NCBI RefSeq assembly: GCF_028641065.1
Contig: NC_073408.1
Span: 12,524,001-12,588,000, forward strand
Direction of reading: 5' to 3'
Length of the DNA: 64,000 nt
DNA from: Leucoraja erinacea
Lineage: Eukaryota
Below, in pieces: positions 50,225 to 61,716 of the stretch. Each line of letters starts with the position of its first letter. Position 1 is the first letter of the stretch. The notes under the pieces are model-generated. The model saw only the letters and a list, made by a program, of their open reading frames with translations. It ran no database searches and was not told the origin of the DNA. The translations under genes and the position numbers were made by a program.

Positions 50225-50820
50225 TCATGTGATAGGAGCAGAATTAGGCCATTCAACACATCAAGTCTACTCTGCCATTCAATCATGGCTGATCTATCTC
50301 TCCTTCCTAACCCCATTCTCCTGCCTTCTCCCCATAACCATTAACAACCATACCAATCAAGAATCTATCTATCTCTGCCTTAAAAATATCCATTGACTTG
50401 ACCACCACAGCCGTCTGTGGCAAAGAATTTCACAGATTCACCACCCTCTGAATAAAGAAATTCCTCCTCATCTCCTTCCTGAAGGAACGCCCTTCAGGCT
50501 ATGATCTCTGGACCCAGCCTCTCCCACTAGTGGAAACATCCTTTCCACATCCACTCTATCTAAGCCTTTCGCTATTATGGTATGCTTCAATGAGGTCCCC
50601 TCATTGAGTCCTTCTAAACCCAGGCGAGTATAGGCCCAGTGCTGTCAAACGCACATCATATGTTAACCCATTCATTCCTTGGATCATTCTTGTAAAACTC
50701 CTCTCCAGAGCCAACAGTTCCTTCCTCAGATATGGTGCCCAAAATTGGCCACAATACTCCAAATGCGGCCTGACCTGTGCATTGCATCCCTGTTTTTGTA
50801 TTCTAACCCTCTTGAATAAA
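50225..50820 (-). mobile_element. CR1 LINE 3' fragment
   Basis: gataggagcagaattaggccattc...ttcacagattcaccaccctctg...gcccaaaattggccacaatactccaaatg. Confidence 0.8.
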
Positions 50821-52814
50821 TTGTGTTTCTCTTGAATCTGTTATAAATCTTTTTGAATGACACTTCAGAAGACCAGCAAGTGTTTTTAATAACCAGTAAA
50901 GTCCACTGATGCCAAAGCAGGCATTATCCCTACATTCACATGTTGGAATCATTTAGAATTGAAGCAGGTTTACAACCTGCCAAGGCGGTAAAGCCAGTCA
51001 CTACCGCCAGCCAAATGGACAGCCAAAAACGAGAATGGTGACTGATAACTTCCCTTGGTCAGGTCAATGCATGACATTGCAGCTGCACTTCTTCAAGGAT
51101 GAGGAAAAATATTATTGAAGATATAAGCAAAATAAATAAAATGCTGGAATTCTGAGGCAAAATCAGAAAACGGTGTAACAGCCAACATTTAGACAAATTT
51201 ACAAATTGGGTATACTTTTCTATCTGAACTGAAAGTAAACTAATTCTGCATCATATGTAATTATTGCAGGTTTACTTACTTCCATGTTTCAAAAATTTGT
51301 CTTGCCAATCCTTCTACTAATTATTTCTTCCCGAACTTGTCAAACATGAAGCAAAGTCACAAGGACCTATCCACTCTTAAAGATCCAAAATAGATTTAAA
51401 ATATACTATAGATGGCCAATGTAGATTGCGTCTTGTGTGTGGAAGAATGGTAGAATATTAGTGGTGGGAGCGGAGCGGAGGGGAGGAGGGTAGTTGATGG
51501 GATTGTGAAGAGGATAAAATGGGTTAAAATAGGAATAGGTATGGAGAGGTGTTCAATGATCAATGTGGACTCAAGAGAGTAGAAGGACCTGTTTCATGTT
51601 AACTTTAAGACTTTGTGATTCTGAGACGACTGCCAGGCAACCCTCTAAGGGTAGTTGAGGCAGGTATAATAACAGCATTTAAAATCATTTGGACAGGTAC
51701 TTGGATAGTAAAGGTTTAAAGGGATATTGGCCAAATGGGACTAGTATAGATGGGGCGTCTTGGTCAGCATGGACAAGTTGGACCGAAAGGCCTGTTTAAA
51801 TGCTGTATGATTCTATGACTCTATGACATGTGCAGTCTGTAAATGCCTGAACTTGGGAAGCTTTCAATGCTAATTCTGCATTGCCTGCTCCTGTTTGCTG
51901 AATGAAAAGTAAAGAACACTTATGTGATCTCCCTAATACAGCAGCTGCGAGATGCCGTAGACATCAATGGCAGTAACCTGAAATTATCCCAGAGCCAGGA
52001 AGCTGAGGATGGCTGTGACTTTGTTAAGCAATCCACCTGATGACTGGGGGCTTAGTCGGTACCAAGAGGTTGAAAATCTCGCACAGTGTGTAGTTTTGTA
52101 GTTACATGAGCGTTGATGCCATTTGGGGAAGTCTTAAACCTGAACAATGTATCTGGGAGAATGAACACCATCAACAACAAAAGTGGAGACAAGGTTTCCT
52201 GCTGGGATTTAAAATATCCTAAAATATGCAGAGAATTGATCTACTTTGGGTTAAGCCAATTTTCAGGAGCAAAATACTATTTGTTTTCCTGTGTTTTTAT
52301 GAATGATTTTTGAGCTTGTATTTTATGAATGAATTTCTAATACCTGTAATCACAAGCTTGTATCAGCAAAATGATGTTCAAAACATCCAGGCACAAATGG
52401 GTATTATAGAGCCATCTGCACGGATCCCTCAAATTACGCACAAAGTTTGTTACAAAAAAAGTTGTAAAGACATTGATTTTGAACTTCGGAGCTGACTGTG
52501 TTCCATAGAACTAATTTGAAACTCTAAAGTTAGATCTCTAACCTTTAATCTTGAAAACTCTTATTGCTCACCTTAATCCTATGCTCTCTTGTTTATGATG
52601 CACCTACCTTGGGAAAAGATTTTGACTCCCTCACCTATCGATGGCTCTCATAGTCTTATACACTTCAATCAGGCCACCAGTCAGCCTTCCTCACTACAGG
52701 GTAAAAAAAGCCCAGTCTACCTATTCTCAACTGGCAGGGCCCTGGCACCAAACTAACCCACAAACAATTACAAATATTCCATCATGTAGGACGGGCTACA
52801 ATTTCTTAATCATT

Positions 52815-53228
52815 TTTCGCTAGAATTTAGAAGATTGAGGGGGGATCTTATAGAAACTTACAAAATTCTTAAGGGGTTGGACAGGCTAGATGCAGGAAGA
52901 TTGTTCCCGATGTTGGGGGAAGTCCAGAACAAGGGGTCACAGTTTAAGGATAAGGGGGAAATCTTTTAGGACCGAGATGAGAAAGACATTTTTCACAGTG
53001 GTGAATCTGTGGAATTCTCTGCCACAAAAGGTAGTTGAGGCCAGTTAATTGGTTATATTTAAGAGGGAGTTAGATGTGGCCCTTGTGGCTAAAGGTATCA
53101 GGGGATATGGAAAGAAGGCAGGTACAGGATACTGAGTTGGATGATCAGCCATGATCATATTGAATGGCGGTGCAGGCTCGAAGGGCCGAATGGCCTACTC
53201 CTGCACCTATTTTCTATGTTTCTATGTT
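52815..53228 (+). mobile_element. Young CR1 3' end
   Basis: SLEFRRLRGDLIETYKILKGLDRLDAGRLFPMLG..., tail tttctatgtttctatg. Confidence 0.88.
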
Positions 53229-54032
53229 TTATTAGATTGGTGAACCAAGTCTATTTTCAGCTGTTCATGAAGAGGGGTTCCCACCCACCCTCATACCCAC
53301 CCCTTCCCCCCCAACCTCATGCCACTGCATTATCACACCCAAAATCCTGCTATCGCACAGAGCTTTGCCATTTTCCATCAGGATATCTATCAGCCTATGT
53401 CTATTAACTTTCTTTGAGCCAGTATTGAATACAAGAGTTTTCCTTTATGATATATGTTTAGATCTGGTTTATAAGTCCTAACCAAATTCCTAAACAACTG
53501 AAAGCAATTCCCATAGGTATGACAGATCTTGTATATAAGCTCTGGTGAGAAATGGTTGTCTGGGCTGAAGGGGAAATTAATGAATTCTCCTCAAACAAAA
53601 AGCATCAACTGCACAGATTGAGGAATGTTGGCCCTTTTAGTCAATGTCTGTTCTCTACAACAGCGATGCAGTGGTCCCACTCTCTCAGCAGCTTTGAATT
53701 ATTTTTCTTTCAAGAATTGCTCTAATTCTGTTTTTGAAAACCATAACTAAATCTGCTTCCACTATCTTGCCAGGCAATTTTTTCCAGATGCTAACCATTC
53801 ACAGTGAAAAATATATATATTCCCTCATGTTGCCTTTCATTCTGTTGCCAATCACCAGTCCTCTGGTGTTTGATCCTTGGAAACTCTTTCTCTCTGTCTA
53901 GATCCCTCAGTCTTATGAATATCTCTATTCTTCCAATCCTGTGGGATATCTCTTAAGTCTGAGTAACCCTTCTATATTTGTTATTAATTTCTGTTTTCTT
54001 GTCCTTCAAATTTGCTTTCTCTGTCAAGTGCT

Positions 54033-54250
54033 GGAAGGAACCACAGATGCTGGTTTACACCGAAGATAGGCTGGAGTAACTCAGCGGGACAGGCAGCATC
54101 TCTGGAGCGAAGGAATGGGTGACTTCTCGGATCGAGACCCATCCTCTGAGGAAGTCTGAGGAAGGATCTCGACCCGAAACATCAACCATTCCTTCTCCCT
54201 AGAGATGCTGCCTGTCCCGCTGAGTTACTCCAGCATTTTAGGTCTATCTT
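54033..54250. mobile_element. Penelope-derived foldback with two opposed hammerhead-like cores
   Basis: gctggagtaactcagcgggacaggcagcatctct...aaggaatgg / ccattccttc...agagatgctgcctgtcccgctgagttactccagc; plus-strand core ctgaggaaggatctcgacccgaaacatc. Confidence 0.8.
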
Positions 54251-56849
54251 TACTTGAAGTCTTTTCTATTATGCACTGTTTTCATTGATAAAATTACAGA
54301 TGTAAAATATAACCTTAAAATTAGACAGCGGTAAGATGATTTAAACATTCCATGCACATGCAGATAACTGATCTGCAGCACACTGTGGATCCATCCGAAG
54401 GTAATTGGAAAAAATCCATCTCTCTGGTATTGTCCCTTAAGTTTCATATTGCTACTATACATGGTCATTGTGTGATATGCTCACGAGTTACTGAACGCAG
54501 GCATGTTAAGTGGTTGCAGGTTTAGACAAAATGTACACAGCCTTGACATTTATAAAAACCAAGAGCTGCTCATGCTCCAGCTAAACTCACACTTCACAAT
54601 CCTAAATTCTGACGAACCATCAAGAGAGCTATGTGAATATAGTTTATATAAATTAAAACGTCACTCCAGATTGATTTACAAAAGACACATTGGCTTGAAG
54701 ATGAAGGCATTGTTCTATCGTCCTGTAATATTTTTATGACTGCGGAAGGACTTTCTGCTTTTATGTTGGGGATCAAAGGAACTGGAAGAATTCAGAGGTT
54801 TGACAATGAGCCTTGTCACTGTAGTTAATCAAAAGGCTTTTGCTGAACAGTATTGTAAGTTTCCTGTTGAATGAAGAAAGGCGTAGCAAACTCAGAATAC
54901 TAGTAGGCAATTCTAACACAATCCAACATCAAATAAACAAACAAAACTGTCCCATCCTTATATAAAACCATGTATACATCTCCTCTGGAATATAGAGCTA
55001 TTTGCTCAACCTGCTCCTGAACTTAAAATATGTGTTGGTGGTTAGCTGTGTGACACTAAGATGATGCACTGGGGAGGATTAAGATATTTCCATTGAGGAG
55101 GATTCTAATTTCCAGCTTTTCACAAAAATACAATTAAGAAAGAGGATGCTTTAAGTACCTTAGGCTGAGACTATTTATATATCTAGTTCAGACGAGGGGT
55201 CTACAACCTAAAACGTTAACTGGTTGTCTTTCCACAGATGCTGTCTGACCTGCTGGGTGTTTCCATTTAATTTCACGTTTACATGATCTGCAGTTTTTAA
55301 AAATATCTATTATGGTGATGGAAACAATATGCCAGAAGATATCTAGCGGAGGAAGTGAGCGCCACAATTTGTGTGGAGTGGTTGTCACTGCTCTGAAAGC
55401 CTTAGGACAGATTCTGTCTCTGTAATAGAAAACTCTCCAAAGTCCAAATCGAAGCTTGCCAGATTAAAAATCAAATCACAATGAGAATACAAACTCTGTT
55501 TCAAGATTACTGTCCGACCGTTTCTGAGTGTTTTTAAATAATCAATTTATCTTTTTCGGCAATCCTTAACCATCATCTGAAAACAATCATCGAGTTATAA
55601 ACACATTTTATAAGATACCACAAAAATCCAACATTCAAACTCTGCCTTCCCACTCCTGACTTTCAACAGCTATGCCCTGCGCATCTGGATCTAGTTGAGG
55701 ACATCCGATTCCTCAGACAGACTGTTGCTTCAGGGCCAAATATTGTTTGATAATGCTCTCGTGAAGCACCAAGTACTACATTAAAAGCGCTAGTTATTGT
55801 TGCATAATAAGGAATCAACGCTAAAACGATCGTGCAAAGACGGAGAGATCCACCCTGGAAATATGGACGATAAAGTTAACTTGCACTTGTTTTTGATTCT
55901 TTACTTGAGAGTACTTTTCAGTTCTTAGTGCTTGACAAGTATTGAAATACATCAATCTGAATACTTTTCACATATCTCTAAATATTGGAGACATTTACAA
56001 ATTTTAAACTGCAAACTATAGCAATTGAATCTTTTGATTTGAATTGAATTGACTTGGGCTGCAGATCAAATACGGGTTAAGGGGTTGGTATGGACAAGTA
56101 CAATGGTCTACATAGATGTAGTGGGCCGAAGGGTCTATTTCTGTGCTGTACCATTCTACAGTCGGGCTTGGTCAGCATTCAAAGTTCCATCTTCTGCTTT
56201 AACTTCTGTCGAAGGCTGTCAGAATGGGGTTCAAGGATATGCCACAGAAAGCCTGCATGTCACCGAGTTTGTGCTACACTTCAACAGACAACTCCGAGTT
56301 GTGGAGGCTCAGCTCTCTCAGCTCCCTGCATGAACAGAGGTGTTGCATGTTAGTGGATTTGGCACAGGTGGTGGCCAAATCCACAAATATCCAACCACTG
56401 CTTGGCAAAAGTCACACCAAATCTCTGTTTTCATTAATAGATACAGACCAGACCAGTTGGCTCTTATGTGTGTGTGTGTGTGTGTGATTCACTGCAAATT
56501 ATATTGTCAAATTGCTAACCTGATTAGCTCAAACCTGTCTCTATTAACAACTCATTTGCAATGGCAGAGGGAACTGCAAGCAATCTCTCTTGCACCTTTG
56601 TGGCCAGATATACGTTGAGGCCCAAAGTGAAGAATAGGTATTTCTGTGGATCAGGAAGTGAAAGTAAAGTCTGGTACAATGGACAACACATTTATTCAAG
56701 TGAGTAAAAGAGACTGCATTTAATGTGACTTTAACATTTGACTGTAATGGTAAGTAGCATAAAAAGACACAACATGCTGCAGTAACTCAACGGGTCAGGC
56801 AGCATCTCTGGAGAACTTAAGGTACATTCAGTCCTGACTCCAAATTTGG

Positions 56850-57225
56850 TCATCGGCTTTGGTTGGTGACACTGCAACCTCTGAATCATAAGGTTCCAGT
56901 TTCAAGATCTATTCCACAGATTTGAGCACAAAAATTAAGTTAACATTCCATTCCAAGACTGAAGGGGGAACTGCACTGCTGGAGGTACAGTCTACCAGAT
57001 GGGACATTAAACCAGGACCCTGCCTGTTCTTCCAAATGGATGCAGGAAACATCACAGGACTGTTTAAAGAAAGGCAGGGATTAATCTTCAGTCAACACCT
57101 ATAAAGCACCTTATATTAACATTTATCCTTATAAAACACCTGATCATTATCACCCTCCTCTTGTGAGAACTGCCTGCGTGCAAATCGGCAGGCATTATGC
57201 CAATGTCTACACTTCAAAAGTTACT
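56850..57225 (+). mobile_element. Deu-domain SINE (SacSINE1/AmnSINE1-like)
   Basis: actgaagggggaactgcactgctggaggt...cagatgggacattaaaccaggaccctgcctg resembles the Deu core. Confidence 0.65.
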
Positions 57226-58399
57226 CTAGTTTCAGATCTAGGTTTATGTTTATTATTATCACATGTGCCGAGGGTGGAAAGCTTTATTTTGCATGCTATC
57301 CAACCAAACCAGATAATACCATACATAAATGCAATCAAGCCAAACTCTGGGAAGAGCACAAAGAGTTCAGATGCTGCAAAACGTGTGAAAGGCTCAACAT
57401 CAATGGAATTCTTTCTTTCTCATTCAATCATCCACACAAACAATGACGGGTTATTGAGATATCCCATGTCTGAATTTCATCTCGTCAGGTTGGGCAACGC
57501 ACTTCCGAGCCAAGATTCCAGGCCAGAGGAAAAAAATCTTCAGCTTGCCACAACTCTTCCATGACTAATTGCAAGTGCTTCACCTGCTCCAAGCCACATC
57601 AATGAATCTCCTTCACTCTGAGCACCAAAATCATGAAGAAGTATTTTTAAATAGTTTAAATACACTAATACTCGTTAACTAGAAGCCAGAGTGTTAACCC
57701 AGGTAAAAAATGAACAATAAGTGGTTAATACTGGATGGGAGGTCAATTAATTAATTTGCTAATGAGCAGCAGAATGCTATTCATCATCAGCAGAATTCAT
57801 TCTCTCCCATAAAACTGTGTCATGAACAAGGGTGAATCCAAATTGACATGTATAACACTGGGCTTTGTGGTTGGGTGGGCCAGGTGTCTTTCATTGTGGA
57901 ATCTAATTACTCAGAGTGCTTTCACTGCTAAGGTTTGTCTGTCCAGGGCACCAGCTGATTGAAAAACCAAGTAACAACATCTGTGGATGTTATAGGGCCA
58001 AGAGACTGCATAAAACAGGCATAGAACCTCAATGACGGATCCAAATCTTTAAACATAAAGAAAGAAGCAACACCACTCACACCACAGCAATGATACCCTG
58101 GTGGTAATTACAGAGTACTGGTTGCTTGAACTGCCTAACTTTTAAGCCTAACGCAACTCCAACTAACTCATAACAGCTTACATTTTTATTTTCACTGTTC
58201 CTTCTACTGAAATATGCAAAGGAACAAACTCCCAGGATAATACAGGTCGTAACGCAACTGGAGGAGAAACTAGTTATAATAGTCTTCTAAATATACTGTA
58301 TCACAGAGAAATCTCTTTAACTCATTGTTTACTAGCCAAACTAGATAGCAATTTCAGTCTCCTGTTAGTTCTAAGCTGAAATTCTCATCTGTTCAAGTC

Positions 58400-58630
58400 A
58401 CGGTGATGATGACAACACCTGATTGTCATAAAGATCGATCTGGTTCCTTTATGACATTCAGGAAAGGAAATCTGCTGTCCTTACACAAACTGCTCTTTAT
58501 GTGGCTCCATGGCTTTATGTTTGATTCTCAACTGCCCTCTAAAATACCCCGCAGAACACTCAGTTCAAGGGCAACTAGGGATGGACAAGGACTAGTCTTT
58601 CTGATGACATCCACGTTCTATATATGAACT
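58400..58630 (+). mobile_element. Ancient LF-SINE-like repeat 3' part
   Basis: ctggttc...aggaaaggaaatctgctgtccttac...ttgattctcaactgccctct...cagttcaagggcaactagggatgg. Confidence 0.45.
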
Positions 58631-60084
58631 AAAATAAGTAATCACATATATTTCATAACACGAACTACTGGCTAGTGTGAGCAATGCCCATAACAGAGAT
58701 AATAATTTTTTTTTTGCTAATGTTGACTTATGCAGACTGTTAACATAGAACTGTACAGCACAGAATCAGGCCATTCGGCCCACAATCTCTGTGCTGAACA
58801 TGATGCCACGACCATCTCTAATCTTCCTACACGTATTCCATATCCCTCCATTCCCTGCATGGGTGTAGGTCTGGTTATTGCAAGAATTCTCCTTCTGGAA
58901 GAACTGTTGGACCATTGTAATTTACTCAAAGAAATTGACAAGACCAAGATTAATCCAAGGGGCAGAATTTATATTGTGTTCTTTCAAGCATAAATGTATC
59001 TGCAGAATAACGAAAGATATGTTGTGCGGTGAACATGGGCAACACGGTTTTATTTACAGATAAACATCTTGCAAAACACTATCTCACATTACGACATATC
59101 AGTCAACATCAAAACCTTTTGGAGGCTGCATCTTAAAAACATCTCCATATAAAGATGAAAAGTACATGATTCAAATCCCTGACACACAAAGTTATGTGTA
59201 CACATCTCAGTCATTCAGCTATGAATGCTTTGCATGCGTAGCTGGCTTCAGTTAATGTAAATCTGTGGAAGGAAAGATCAGAAAGACACCAGCTGGGTGA
59301 TAGGACTTGTAGATAATTGGTAATTGGACTTGTAGATAATAGATTATTGGACTTGCACCCCAATAATTTTTTCCCTTTCATTTCCAAAATTTTGATTCAT
59401 GAAATTAATAATGTTTCTATTTGCAAATCCAATTTGAAAAATCCACGCTTTGATGTAATGTTATTTGGTTCTACAAACATATATATCCGAGCAGTCTAGA
59501 AAAAATCCCAAGCAAACAAGCAAGCAACTGCTTGAAAGTAAACAATTTTATTGGGATTGCATCCTAGAATCCATTATTGAGAAAGCTGTGACAGGGCTCT
59601 TACAAAATAATAATATATATGAAAAGGAAATGATGTCTGAAAAATCTATTCGTTTTTGTGGTTAAAAACTTACAAAACAATGAGGGTAGCAGTTCATGTT
59701 GTGCATATTTACTTTTAAAAGATGTGGAACATGGGATTATTTAATAACAAAATTAAATCACATGGGTAAGAAGGAACTGCGGATGCTAGTTTACATTGAA
59801 TAGTGACACAAAATGCTGGAGTAACTCAGCAGGTGAGGCAGCATCTCTGGAGAAAAGGAATATGTAATGTTTCGGGTGGAGATGGATTAGGATCATTCGA
59901 ATTGTGAGGCTATCTCCAGTAGGGAATTTTGGTTTTTGGTGTTAGGGTCCCAGCTGTTCACAATGTAAATCGCTGATTTGGGTGTGGTGAACATGTATGT
60001 TAATACATAATGCTACATGTTTACTTTGATACATAGTTAGGTGTTGATGTGAGTTGGACCCAAAAAGTTTTCATGAGGATATAA

Positions 60085-60298
60085 ATGTAGAAACAAAGGA
60101 CATCAGGTCATAGTTAATACACTAAAGGACACAAAGTGTTAGATTAATTCAGCAAGTCAGGCAGCATCTCTGGACAACATGAATAGGTGACCTTTTGAGT
60201 CGAGACTCTTCTTCAGACTGACCCGAAACATCACGTATCCATGTTCTCCAGAAATGCTGCTTGACCTGTTGAGTTACACAACCACTTTGTGTCCTTCA
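60085..60298. mobile_element. Penelope-derived foldback inserted in old CR1
   Basis: aaggacacaaagtg...caggcagcatctctgga.aacatg / catgttctccagaaatgctgc...cactttgtgtcctt. Confidence 0.7.
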
Positions 60299-61129
60299 TG
60301 GGAATATGGTAAAGCTAAGAGAATGGGTGAGGTCTTTGCTAAAATAACGTGGAAATATGCGAGGTATTCACTTTGATAGTGAAAAAATGGAAGGACGAGA
60401 ACACAACTGCAAGTTGTTGTTATTCAGAAGGATCCATATGTTCTTCTACATGAATCATAGTTAACAAGCAGCTGTGAGGACAAGCAAAAGGTAGACTTGA
60501 AAGGTAGGTCAAATGTAAGAGTATTTGAGTAGCTGTAAGGACATCCTACTATAATTACGCAGGGCCCTGCACATGTACCTGGATTATAGAGGGCAAGTCT
60601 GGTCATTCTAGTTAACAAAGGATATAGCTGCTTGAGAGGGAGCACAACACATTCTTACCAGAGTGATTATCGTGGTCTAATGTCCTACGAGGAGAAGCTA
60701 AACAAACTGGGTCAATGCTTTCGGAGTGTAGAATAATGAGAGATTATCTCATTGAAACCAACAAAATTGTGTTGAGACACAATGAGCTACAGATGTTGGC
60801 TTACAAAAAAGACATAAAGTGCTAGAGGCTGAAGGAGGATCCCAACTCAAAACGCAACCAGTTCACGTTCTCCAGAGATGCTACCTGACCAATTGAGGCA
60901 CTCCAGCTTTTCATGTCAAAATCCTTTTGAGGTTTGGCAAGATAAATACAAGGATGATACCCAACCCCCCGACCCTCCCTCATCTCCCTTAGCTGGGGTG
61001 ACTAAAACAAGGAGTACAAAATTGGCCATTCGGGTCAGATAAAAGACATTCATTCATCCAAATGTGGTGCACCTTTGGAATTCTCTACTTAAATGGGCTG
61101 TGAAACGTTAGTCAATGAGTATAATCAAG

Positions 61130-61716
61130 GCATGATGGAGCTGGCAGCCTCCAACTGGAACCGACCTCGAGGCTCCGGAGGCAGAGCCAGGATTCACCAT
61201 CGCGAAGCTGGCCAACTTGGGGCTGTGGTGGCGCTGCGGCTGCGGCCTGACTTCGGAGCCTCGGAGGCATTGGCCGCGGGCCCAGTGGACGACAACATCG
61301 GGAGCTCGCAGGTGCCAGGTTGGTGACCGATTCTCCAGAGCTCCCGCAACAACAGCTTCGTCCACTGGACTGGAGGGTGGCAGCTTTGTCCGCCCCGGGC
61401 CACGTTGTTTGAATCGGCCCGTTCACAGAGCTTGGATTTGGCCGCTGGACCTTACCATCACCCGGCGGGGGGCTCAACATCGAAAGCCTGGACCGCCTCA
61501 ACGCAGAGGGAGACCAAGGAAGGAAGAGATAAGACTTTAAGACTTTTTGCCTCCCATCACAGTGAGGAGGTGCCTGGAATCACTGTGATGGATGTTAAAC
61601 TGTGTTCATTGTGTGTACTGGTACTTTATTTTCTGTTATGGCTGCAAGGTACGCAAGTTTGTTCAAACTAATAAGTTTGAATGACAATAAAGGAACTCAA
61701 CTCAACTCAACTCAAG
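61130..61716 (+). mobile_element. GC/CpG-rich non-autonomous retroposon (5'-truncated), same design as 6391-7128
   Basis: CpG-rich body, ccatcacagtga...tcactgtgatgg hairpin, gacaataaagg(aactc)n tail. Confidence 0.6.

Noticed and set aside
61093-61671. Cluster of GC-rich ORFs, possible CLMP promoter island
   Set aside because: Belongs to a retroposon with an AATAAA/(aactc)n tail inserted in CR1 debris.
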